The notes beneath the pieces are model-generated. The model did not search any database. It worked only from the letters and a program-made list of their open reading frames with translations, and was not told the origin of the DNA. A DNA stretch of 63,851 nucleotides, counting the filler, from an uncultured bacterium (GTDB taxonomy: Bacteria > CAYSBA01), in NCBI GenBank assembly GCA_964429075.1. It is 10 parts of 10 records of this genome, joined end to end, with 100 filler letters (N's around TTAATTAATTAA, not from the genome) between each part and the next. Parts side by side here need not be neighbours in the genome. Positions count along the whole stretch, not along the records: positions 32,679 to 39,086 come from CAYSBA010000085.1; positions 39,187 to 45,551 come from CAYSBA010000086.1; positions 45,652 to 51,977 come from CAYSBA010000087.1; 7 more parts are not named here. One strand, written 5' to 3'. The first letter of the stretch is position 1, and each line of letters begins with the position of its first letter. Made by a program: the position numbers and the translations under genes. Shown here piece after piece: positions 37,253 through 46,796 of the stretch.

Positions 37253-39086
37253 ATGCTTGAACTAAGTGTATTTCTAAACGAAGAACAATATAAGATCGTT
37301 ACCGACGATTCAAGGATTCAGCTTGTATATGCGGGTGCTGGAAGTGGCAAAACAAGGGTAATTACCTACAAGATTGTGCACTTTATCGAAAATCTCCGAT
37401 ACGATCCCTCAAAGATTGTAGGGATCACCTTTACCAACAAGGCCGCTGATGAGATGAGAGAAAGGATAGATGCCCTTCTTGGAAATAGGTCGAATGGCCT
37501 ATGGATAGGGACATTTCACTCCTACTGTGCAAGACTCCTCCGAAGATTTTCGGATCGAATCGGACTTGCCAGAAATTTTACAATCATTGATGGTAGCGAT
37601 CAAAAAAGATTGATTGAACAGATCCTGAAAGAAATGGGCCTTAAAAAGGGGACCTTTGATGCCAAATATCTAAGAGACAGATTCAGTTACATAAAAAATG
37701 ATCTACCAGACGAGTGTGGCGAATATCATTTTGAAGATGAAAGGATCCAGGAAATCTTTGAGATCTATAACAACAGGCTCAAGGAGCGACACTGCCTTGA
37801 TTTTGGTGATCTTATGGTCAAGGCAGTATTAATGCTCAGAGACAATCCAGATTTGGTAACAAAGATTCAACAGACAACAGAGTGCATCCTGGTAGATGAG
37901 TTTCAGGATACAAGTCCGATTCAGATAGAGTTGATAAAACAGCTTGTCGGCAAAAATACGAGACTTATTGTAGTAGGTGATGACGATCAATCCATATATA
38001 TGTGGAGAGGTGCAGATACACGTTACATCCGTTCATTTAAAGACCTTTTTGAAGACGCAGAGATATTTTATCTAAGAACGAACTATAGATCCTCTGCAAA
38101 TATATTAAAGGTGGCAGAGTGGGTCATCTCTGGCAAGAAGGATCGTCATAAAAAAAGCCTAATCCCCACAAAGGAAGCAGGATTGCCTGTTCAATTCTGC
38201 CCAGCTCCTACACAGAAACTCGAGGCAACCTTTGTCACAAAGGAGATTGAAAAACTTGTCAAAGAACAGGGCTACAAATATTCTGATGTAGCAGTTTTTT
38301 ACAGAATAAATGCGATCTCTCGATCATTTGAAGAGGCACTATCTGAGGCCAAAATTCCTTATAAGATAGTTGGTGGGACAAGATTTTTTGAAAGGAGTGA
38401 GATAAAAAATATACTTGCCTTTCTGAGGGCAAGTCTTAATCCCTACTCAGATGCAGATATCCTACGAATTATAAATGTTCCACCAAGAGGAATTGGAGAG
38501 TCAACTATACAGCTTTTACTGTCCACCGGAATGCCTGTATGGGAGGCCTGTCTAAAATCAAAAGAACTCGGTATTTTTAAAAAACGACAGTTGAAGGTAC
38601 TAGAATCCTTTGTTGATATGATGCATACACTCATGACACGCATTGAGGGTCTTAATCCTCAGGATGCACTGGATGCTGTATTAAGCGTTACAAACTACTT
38701 TTCCTATCTCGAAGAGAATGTATCAAGACCTGATGAATCAAGCTACGAATCTATTAAAGAGCTTATGGCAATGGCTTCCGAGATGCGTGATTGTAGTCTT
38801 ACAGAGTTTGTTGAGAGGATTGCCCTTAGCTCAGAACAGGATGAACTACATATGGAAAATTCTGTAAATCTCATGACTCTTCACACTTCAAAGGGGCTTG
38901 AGTTTCCTGTTGTATTTATAGTTCGTACAGAAGATGGTATGTGCCCATATTACCGCTCCACCTCTGAAGATGAACTTGAAGAAGAGAGAAGATTACTCTA
39001 CGTCGGAATTACGAGGGCTATAGAAAGGCTATATATAACCTATCCAGAAAAGATAACAGATCCTGTTACAAGGGATAAGATAAAGC
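37253..39086 (+). CDS. UvrD/PcrA family DNA helicase, 3' end truncated
   Basis: AGAGSGKT, TFTNKAA, VDEFQDT, VGDDDQSIY.WRGA, NYRS, KGLEF, EERRLLYVGITRA. Confidence 0.95.
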
Positions 39087-39186
39087 NNNNNNNNNNNNNN
39101 NNNNNNNNNNNNNNNNNNNNNNNNNNNNNNTTAATTAATTAANNNNNNNNNNNNNNNNNNNNNNNNNNNNNNNNNNNNNNNNNNNN
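39087..39186. other. Artificial contig spacer
   Basis: N44-TTAATTAATTAA-N44. Confidence 0.98.
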
Positions 39187-39371
39187 ATGATGTCATAATA
39201 ATAGTCTAAAAATAGATAAAAGGTGAAAAGAAGATACAAAATAAAGATCTGTCAGGATTTCTCTGTAACATGTTTGCACTCTACACATGATCGCTTAATT
39301 GAAAAAGGGCCTGTGTTCTGGTTAGGAATCTTGATATTGAAAATTGATGACATTCTGATAAAGCATAGAAG

Positions 39372-39770
39372 GTGATAATTAAAAAGATTTATATATTATC
39401 TGCAATCTGTATATTATTCTTATCCTGTGGAGAGGCCTACTATGATCTTTTTGTTGCATCAGGACAAAAAAAGAGGGTTTACAACGCAATCTTTACTCCT
39501 GACTGGGGCAGGCAGGGCATGGATCTGGATACGGTGGTCAGGATAGACATTGAAGGAGAAAAATATCAGAGTCTTTTTTTGACCGGAGTTGACTTTGGGA
39601 GTGATATAAGGTTGTATTCCTATAGTATTGAGAAACAATGGCAGATCAAGTTTAGAATTGGAATTGCTGCCACTGCCAGAACCGGCAAGAGAGAGGTGAC
39701 AATCGCCATGATAGCGAATGGTAAAAAGGCATCTGCAAAGGGTGAATTCTATGTCCTTCCCAAAAGATAA
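39372..39770 (+). CDS. Hypothetical lipoprotein (Ig-like domain likely)
   Basis: Lipobox FLSC; beta-rich VDFG.DI...I...A.TG.R.VTI pattern. Confidence 0.65.
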   Translation: MIIKKIYILSAICILFLSCGEAYYDLFVASGQKKRVYNAIFTPDWGRQGMDLDTVVRIDIEGEKYQSLFLTGVDFGSDIRLYSYSIEKQWQIKFRIGIAATARTGKREVTIAMIANGKKASAKGEFYVLPKR

Positions 39771-40629
39771 TCTTATCATATATCTTTTTATTACTACCTT
39801 AATATTACAGGGTAATGCTGGTGCAGAAGAAAAAAAAGATCCCTATAGCTGTTTTAAAGAGCTTAATTTTGAGTGTTCTGCTATGGAATCAGAAAAATTG
39901 TTAAAATCAACAAAAGAAAAAATTAAAAGACTTGAATTGTACAGGATTCTTGTCCTTTCTTATATGGCCCTCGATCAGCCTGCTTTTGCAGAGGATGCAT
40001 TAAAGAGGATGTATAGAGACATTGGGTCGGTTGATTTTCCCGCTGAGCAGCTTTCCCCCGAATTAAGAGTTATGATAGAGAGGGTTCTATCAGCTGAAAG
40101 AATGCAGAAAAAATCTATTGAAACAAAAAAAAATAAGGTTATAAAGGAGATAAAGAAACCAGAAGTGTCGGCAAAGTTAAAACAAAGGGCCATATCTATA
40201 AATGCAGGTATGGTTTTTTTGAGTGGAAATGATGATGTGGTGTTTAAGCCAGGATTTTCTTATTCAGGTCAATTCAATATAGGTAAGATGGGAATCTACA
40301 TATTTCACAAAGAACACAGTGCCCGTAATGAGATATTTATAGTTGCATCCACCGGTGCCGGTATAGATTATAGATTGTATAAATTTAAAGATTACTTTGT
40401 TACTGAGGTTGGTGGTGGGATTGAGGGCTTTTTAACAGGAGAAAAAGATATCAGGCTGGGAGTTAACCTATTTTTGTCAGAGAGTATTGAATATCCGCTA
40501 ACACAAAATATAAAGCTCTTTTTAGGGTTAAGACCCTGGATTTTACTAACAAAACCAATTGTGTTAAATAGTTCCTTGATAGTAAGCCTCTATTTTGAAA
40601 TCTATACAGGGGCTATGTTCAAATGGTAG
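39751..40629 (+). CDS. Exported protein: TPR-like helices plus C-terminal beta-barrel-like region
   Basis: Signal peptide, helical N-half, amphipathic beta strands, terminal aromatic residue (MFKW). Confidence 0.6.
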   Translation: MSFPKDNLIIYLFITTLILQGNAGAEEKKDPYSCFKELNFECSAMESEKLLKSTKEKIKRLELYRILVLSYMALDQPAFAEDALKRMYRDIGSVDFPAEQLSPELRVMIERVLSAERMQKKSIETKKNKVIKEIKKPEVSAKLKQRAISINAGMVFLSGNDDVVFKPGFSYSGQFNIGKMGIYIFHKEHSARNEIFIVASTGAGIDYRLYKFKDYFVTEVGGGIEGFLTGEKDIRLGVNLFLSESIEYPLTQNIKLFLGLRPWILLTKPIVLNSSLIVSLYFEIYTGAMFKW

Positions 40630-40642
40630 AGAGGGCAATTTA

Positions 40643-42522
40643 ATGATTCTCGTTACTCTCAGAGATCCAGATGGTTCTGAAGTAGAACTTGAATTTCAAT
40701 CTCAGATAGTTTGTATTGGCAGATCAAATGCCAACGACATCGTTATAGACAACCCATTTGTATCCAGTATCCATGCACGGCTGCTTTATGATGGAGAAAA
40801 TCTAATCTATCAGGATCTGAGGTCAACCAACGGTTCCTTTGTTAATATAAAGGGCAAACCTGTCCCGATAAATAGTGAAATGGGATTTCAATATAGACTT
40901 TCTCCTGATACCGAGATACTGATCGGTGATCTAAGTTCTCCATACAGGTTGAGGTGTCGTTTTAAACCTATCTTTNNNNNNNNNNACTCAGTGAGCTTTC
41001 AAGTACAGTTGGTGGGAGTTCGGCACTTGCCTCATTCTTCCTTGATACTATTGTAGAGTTGAACAGATCTGAATCTGTTGACGAGGTCTTACAAAAGACA
41101 AAGGATGCTATCAAAAAGGCCGTTGCTATGACAGATCTCGTACAGGTTTATTTTGAATATCCCGATAAAGAAAATGCCCTTTTTCGTACTTACTGTTTTA
41201 AGGAACAATACAGGTCTTTGCAGAATAGAAGCGCCAGCCCAATACTGGAGATAGATACCCTCGAACCAGAGACCATAATGAATTTTCAGAGTATTGTATG
41301 TACCGATGTGACTATAAATAATATCTGGGTATTTCAACTCGGCGATAGGAACAAACTGATGGGATATATACTTATTGCCCTCGATGAGAAGATCAAAAAT
41401 TTACCTGCCCTTACCATAAATTTTATCCTTATTCTTTGTCATACCATTAAGACACGACTCAAAGAACTTATAGATCTTGAACGCCTCAAGATAATACAAT
41501 TACATCTTATGTGTGAAAACAAGCGTCTTATGGAAAATGCCCTGATCCCCTCTGGAGATATCATTGTTGGTAGTTCTGATGCAATAAAAATGGTCATGAA
41601 TTTTGCAGGAATGGTTGCTGCAACCGATGTTACCATACTTATAACCGGTGAGACAGGAACGGGTAAAGAACTTCTGGCGCGCTACATTCATAGGCTGAGT
41701 AAAAGGGCAAAGAATAGATTTGTGGCTGTAAATTGTGGCGCATTAAATAGAGAACTACTTGAGAGTGAACTCTTTGGCTATAAAAAAGGCGCATTTACTG
41801 GTGCTGATCGTGACAAGCCGGGTCTCTTTGATGCTGCTCACGGTGGTACTATATTCCTTGATGAGATAACAGAAATGGACCTCTCTTTACAGGTAAAGTT
41901 GTTAAGAGTTATCCAGGAGAAGACACTCACACCGGTTGGTGATGTAAGTGAACATCCAATAGATACAAGAATAATCGTTGCAACCAATAAGGATATTGAG
42001 GAATGTGTTCGACAGGGTACATTTCGAGAAGACCTCTACTACAGAATCAATGTCTTCAGGATAGAGATGCCACCATTGAGGGATAGGATTGAAGATATTC
42101 CTGCACTTGTTGACTACTTTATTGCGAGATTCAGAAAAAAGTTTTCCAAAAATGTAACAGGTATTACAGAAAGGGCACTTTCTGATCTTTTAAATTATCG
42201 TTTTCCTGGCAACATAAGGGAACTACAGAACATTATAGAGAGGGCCTTTTTGTTTACTCCAGATGGACACCCGATAGACAGAGAGTCACTACATCTTTTT
42301 TCACTCTCAAAAGAGAGTTTCTACAAAAATGGAGCTATGATGGTAAGGTATAAAAAGGGTAGATCCCTAAAGAGCATAATGGCAGAACTCGAAAAGGAGA
42401 TTATAATTCAAGCACTTTCTGAGTATAAGAATAATCGTACAAAGACTGCCGAGGCACTTGGTATAACAAGACAGGCACTAACCATGAAACTTTCAAAGTA
42501 TGGTATATCTGGTGAAGGCTAA
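40643..42522 (+). CDS. FHA-(GAF-like)-sigma54 AAA+-HTH enhancer-binding protein (one gene probably split by the 10-N gap at 40976-40985)
   Basis: FHA motifs IGRS..VSSIHA..DLRSTNG before the gap; the frame of the 41059 ORF is open back to 40987; [35 protein letters not shown], Fis-type HTH. Confidence 0.85.
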
Positions 42523-42985
42523 GATATTATCTATATTGGTATTATATTCTCTGTTATTCGCAATGTCTGTATCTTGTAAAAACAGAGGAAACTTGAAAAA
42601 TTCGTCTAATCTTAAAAAAACGGTGGTTCTTGGAAGCTGTACCTTCCTGGTAGAGGTGGCAGATGAGCCTGCTGAATGGGACAGGGGTCTTATGTATCGT
42701 AAGAGTATGGCTGAAGATGAGGGAATGCTTTTTGTATTCCCCGATGAGAGACCAAGGACCTTCTGGATGAAGGATACATTAATCCCACTTGATATGTATT
42801 TTTTTGATAAAAATAAGAGACTGATTAGTGTACACACCGATGCTGCCCCTCTGAGCACAAGATTGATATCATCTAATGGTCCAACCAAGTTTGTTCTGGA
42901 GGCAAAGGCAGGCTCATATAATAGATGTGAAATTAGTAAGAAAAAAGTAGTATATCTAAGGATAGGAAAAGATATACCAAAATAA
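42500..42985 (+). CDS. DUF192 family lipoprotein
   Basis: [36 protein letters not shown]. Confidence 0.9.
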   Translation: MVYLVKAKILSILVLYSLLFAMSVSCKNRGNLKNSSNLKKTVVLGSCTFLVEVADEPAEWDRGLMYRKSMAEDEGMLFVFPDERPRTFWMKDTLIPLDMYFFDKNKRLISVHTDAAPLSTRLISSNGPTKFVLEAKAGSYNRCEISKKKVVYLRIGKDIPK

Positions 42986-42987
42986 AG

Positions 42988-44616
42988 ATGGGCATAAAAA
43001 GAGTTGGCATCGGTTTCGTTTTTATTTTGATCCTTATAAAATCCTTTTATTCATCTGCTGACATAAGAACATGCTATCCCGGCCAATTTAGAGGTATCTT
43101 TAGAGGCCTTGACCGAACAACACATTACAGGATTAAATTGAATTTCTTTTGGGAAGATATGACCTTTAGAGGACAGGAGACAATAGATTTTTATAACTAT
43201 ACCAATAAATTTGTAAAAAAAATTCTTCTCAGGCTCTTTGCGAATGCAGGTTATCTACGAGAAGAAGGTCCATTAAATGTGGTGGTAGAGAAGGTTGTTT
43301 CAGAAGGACATATATTGAAGACAGAGCAGGATAACTCTGGGACGTTGCTATGGGTTTTTCTCAAGAAGAAATTGGCTCCAGACAAAAGGATAAGATTGAA
43401 TTTAGAATTCCGAGGAAAGGTTCCTGTGTTCCCTCATAGGGACACAGATCTCATAAAGCAGGGAGTGCAGCAACTTATTGAGTTGATTTCAGGGAAAAAT
43501 GAGAAAACAGATTATGGTGCCTATGGTTTTTCAGAGGGCATGGTAGTAATGACCGATTGGTTCCCTGTGGTTGCAACATTTGACAAAAATGGATGGGATG
43601 ATAGTGTGCCAACAGGTATTGGAGATGTATCATACTTTGTCCCATCGAGCTTTAAAATGGAAATTAATGTGAGTCGTCCTGTTTATGCTGTAGCACCCTC
43701 TGTTAGATTTATGAAATCAAGAAGTCACTATTTGCAGATAGATTGCACCAGGGATATGCCTTTAATTTTAATTCAGGATATAAATCTACTACAAAAGAAA
43801 TACAACGGAATAAAACTACTCTCCTTTTACAGAAAGGGGCACAAAAAGATTGCGAGAAAAACGCTCTATCTTTCTATAGATATTATTAATTTTTTTGAGG
43901 AAAAACTCGGTCGTTATCCATACAGGGAGTTTAGAATTATTGAAGCACCTCTTGTTGGAGGTGCTGGTGGTATGGAATTTCCGGCAATGATTCTCATTGC
44001 AGATATGTTATATAAGACAACTAATCTTGAACCAAAAAATATAAACACTGCAATTGATGAGATACTTTTTTTTACAGTAGCACATGAGATTGCCCATCAG
44101 TGGTTCAGTGCAATCCTTGGAAGTGATTCCAAAAGGGAGCCATATATTGATGAACCTCTTGCAAGCTATTACGCCTATCGATATTTCAGGCACAAATATG
44201 GTAAAAAGAATGCTGATGGGATCTTATTCAGGCAGGTAGGGGCCAACTATATGGCAGCAAGGATGTTTGGAATGAAGGATGGGCCTGTTGTAAGGACAAC
44301 AAAAGATTTTAGATCTCAGCTTGAATATGCGGGGATAATCTATGGTAAGGCACCATATTTTTTTAGGGCACTTCAGGAATGCATGGGAACTACATCTTTC
44401 GACAATGCAATGAAAATGCTTGTTGAAGAACACACCTTTGGAGTTATAACCTTCAAAGATATCAAAGAGGTATTTTTAAAAAACGACACAAAAGATTGTT
44501 ACAAGAGGCTTTTCAGGCACTGGTATCTACAGGACAATGGTGATAAAGATCTGGGCAATCTTGATTTCTTTAATCTCCTGAAAGATATGTATAAGCTTGC
44601 TCCATCTTCAAATTAA
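42988..44616 (+). CDS. Secreted M1 family aminopeptidase
   Basis: GGMEFP, HEIAHQWF...DE zinc motif, IYGKAP; signal peptide. Confidence 0.9.
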   Translation: MGIKRVGIGFVFILILIKSFYSSADIRTCYPGQFRGIFRGLDRTTHYRIKLNFFWEDMTFRGQETIDFYNYTNKFVKKILLRLFANAGYLREEGPLNVVVEKVVSEGHILKTEQDNSGTLLWVFLKKKLAPDKRIRLNLEFRGKVPVFPHRDTDLIKQGVQQLIELISGKNEKTDYGAYGFSEGMVVMTDWFPVVATFDKNGWDDSVPTGIGDVSYFVPSSFKMEINVSRPVYAVAPSVRFMKSRSHYLQIDCTRDMPLILIQDINLLQKKYNGIKLLSFYRKGHKKIARKTLYLSIDIINFFEEKLGRYPYREFRIIEAPLVGGAGGMEFPAMILIADMLYKTTNLEPKNINTAIDEILFFTVAHEIAHQWFSAILGSDSKREPYIDEPLASYYAYRYFRHKYGKKNADGILFRQVGANYMAARMFGMKDGPVVRTTKDFRSQLEYAGIIYGKAPYFFRALQECMGTTSFDNAMKMLVEEHTFGVITFKDIKEVFLKNDTKDCYKRLFRHWYLQDNGDKDLGNLDFFNLLKDMYKLAPSSN

Positions 44617-44800
44617 ATATGTCATTTTTTGCAACATTCTAAAATTATGGATAAAAATTTGGATTTAGAATGTGTATAGTATGATAAAAGATTTCTATTG
44701 CTATCTTAGATGTAAAGCTGGTAATGAACAATTTGAAAAAAAGAGCTAAGAAAGAATAGTCCTAAATACTGTTCTATATGCACTTTCTGGGTTTAAGGTG

Positions 44801-44829
44801 TTTACAAAAGGTTATTTTTGATATATAAG
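44801..44829 (+). promoter_or_regulatory. sigma70-like promoter of the polyamine operon
   Basis: TTTACA(44801)-N17-TATAAG(44824). Confidence 0.55.
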
Positions 44830-44899
44830 CGCAATCTACTTTAAGGTTGTGTTTCAGCCTTGGGTGTTTTCGTTAACATCTTAGTGAAAGGGAATGCCT

Positions 44900-45322
44900 A
44901 TGAAGCACTTGGGGCAACACATTATTCTGGAACTGCACAATTGCAGTCCTGATCGATTAGATGACATCACTTTCATTGAAGAGACTCTAAAGGAGGCAGC
45001 GCGATTGGCGGGAGCCACTGTTGTGGATACCGTCTTTCACCACTTCAGTCCATACGGAATAAGTGGTGTTGTTGTGATTGCAGAGTCACATCTTGCGATC
45101 CACACCTGGCCAGAATATGGTTATGCTGCCATCGATATGTTTACCTGCGGGGAAAAAGTAGATCCATATCGTGGTGTATCCCATATGATCAAACAGTTTA
45201 AATCCAGTCACTGGACTGCTCGTTCAATTATGAGAGGCACACTCAAGGATGATGAGGCACAACCAAAGATAGATCCTGAGCAGTTCAGCATCTACAAAGG
45301 AAAATTCAGCTATGTCCATTGA
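44900..45322 (+). CDS. speD: S-adenosylmethionine decarboxylase proenzyme
   Basis: LGQH, FHHFSPYGISGVVVIAESHLAIHTWPEYGYAAID.FTCG (pyruvoyl E|S site); GAAAGGGA RBS favours the ATG at 44900. Confidence 0.93.
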   Translation: MKHLGQHIILELHNCSPDRLDDITFIEETLKEAARLAGATVVDTVFHHFSPYGISGVVVIAESHLAIHTWPEYGYAAIDMFTCGEKVDPYRGVSHMIKQFKSSHWTARSIMRGTLKDDEAQPKIDPEQFSIYKGKFSYVH

Positions 45323-45551
45323 CTCACCAACCCGCTATACCTTACTTGCGGGTGGAGGAGAGGGCAAGACGCCGCTCAACTCCTTCGATGCTGCATTGCT
45401 GAATGCTGGAGCAGGGAACATAAACCTAATAAAGATTTCGAGTATCCTGCCACCGGCTGTGGTGTATACTGACAAACTTGATGTATCTTATGGTGCCTTT
45501 GTATATACTGCATATACACATATAACATCAGTTACTCCTGATGAGATTATC
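45312..45551 (+). CDS. pdaD: Pyruvoyl-dependent arginine decarboxylase, 5' fragment
   Basis: GEG.TPLNSFDAALLNAG.GN.NLIKISSILPP (S|S cleavage site). Confidence 0.88.
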
Positions 45552-45651
45552 NNNNNNNNNNNNNNNNNNNNNNNNNNNNNNNNNNNNNNNNNNNNTTAAT
45601 TAATTAANNNNNNNNNNNNNNNNNNNNNNNNNNNNNNNNNNNNNNNNNNNN
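45552..45651. other. Artificial contig spacer
   Basis: N44-TTAATTAATTAA-N44. Confidence 0.98.
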
Positions 45652-45668
45652 AAACCAGGGAGGGAATT

Positions 45669-46052
45669 ATGTCCATGAAATCGAGTTTTTTCAAAAGCCT
45701 TGTGAATCTTGGCGAAGAAAAGATCAATGCACTAATAAGTGTCCTTCTATCAAATGAAAAATTCATAAATGGCATACAGACCATTATTGCCAAAAGCTTT
45801 ACAGCAAAGAACTTTATTGATGAACGTATACAATATGTCTTTAGCAATCTAAATCTTGTAACAAAGAGCGACCTATCCAAGATAATAAGAAGGATCGATG
45901 ACCTCGAAGACAAGTTTGATTATCTTTCAGAGAGAATTGGTGAGATAAGGGCTGATATTAAAAAGCTACAGCCATCAGGTAAGAAAACTAAAGGTTCTAC
46001 AATCACAAGAAAAAAGACAACTAAAAAGACCCAAACAAAGAGTAATAAATAG
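45669..46052 (+). CDS. Phasin-like coiled-coil protein with Lys/Thr-rich C-terminal tail
   Basis: LNLVTKSDL..I.RRIDDLE motif, heptad repeat, basic tail; GGGAGG RBS. Confidence 0.72.
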   Translation: MSMKSSFFKSLVNLGEEKINALISVLLSNEKFINGIQTIIAKSFTAKNFIDERIQYVFSNLNLVTKSDLSKIIRRIDDLEDKFDYLSERIGEIRADIKKLQPSGKKTKGSTITRKKTTKKTQTKSNK

Positions 46053-46055
46053 TAG

Positions 46056-46796
46056 ATGAGCATCATCCTATCCTTTATAAACCAAAAAGGAGGTACAGGA
46101 AAGACCACGCTATCGGTCAATACTTCGTACTACATATCTACACAAAAAAAGAGGGTCCTTCTAATAGACCTCGATCCTCAGGGACATGCTGCCAAATGTC
46201 TGGGCGTCTATGAAACGGGTAAATATAACTCAGGTGACCTCTTTAATACCCACAGTTTGTCTCCTTTTGAATGTCGTAAAAATCTATGGATACTCCCATC
46301 TGATTCAAAAATCTCAAAAAAGGCCATATATGCAAAAAAGGATGCCCTCAGGACAAACATCAAGCAACTTACAGAGAGGCTATCTATCGATATTGTCGTT
46401 ATCGACTCACCCCCATCAATGGATCACATCACAGAGAGTATCCTTGTATCGTCCGATTATGTAGCCATCCCTGTATCGATCAACTATCTTGCCCTCGAAG
46501 GATGTGCAGGGCTATTGAATACAATAGATGAATTGAAAGAAAAACATGGTCTTGACAGGCCTGATGTGGCAATTATAATCCCAACATTCTACAGAAACAC
46601 AAAGCTTGCAAAGGAGATATTGAGCACTCTAAGAAAACATTTCAAAAGCCTTGTTGCTAAAACCGTTGTAGGATTAAACGTAAAGATTGATGAAGCGCAG
46701 AGCTTTGGCAAGAGTGTTCTTGAATATGCACCAAGTAGTAGAGGAGCTCTATATATGAAGAGGATATCAAACGAGTTGATCAAAAAAATACTTTAA
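46056..46796 (+). CDS. ParA/Soj family ATPase
   Basis: Deviant Walker A NQKGGTGKTT, LLIDLDPQG, IDSPPS, EAQSFGK....YAP.S.GA. Confidence 0.93.
   Translation: MSIILSFINQKGGTGKTTLSVNTSYYISTQKKRVLLIDLDPQGHAAKCLGVYETGKYNSGDLFNTHSLSPFECRKNLWILPSDSKISKKAIYAKKDALRTNIKQLTERLSIDIVVIDSPPSMDHITESILVSSDYVAIPVSINYLALEGCAGLLNTIDELKEKHGLDRPDVAIIIPTFYRNTKLAKEILSTLRKHFKSLVAKTVVGLNVKIDEAQSFGKSVLEYAPSSRGALYMKRISNELIKKIL

Noticed and set aside
39187..39371. Non-coding stretch at a contig start as a possible ncRNA or small gene
   Set aside because: No convincing stem-loops, and no ORF with an RBS that I could support.
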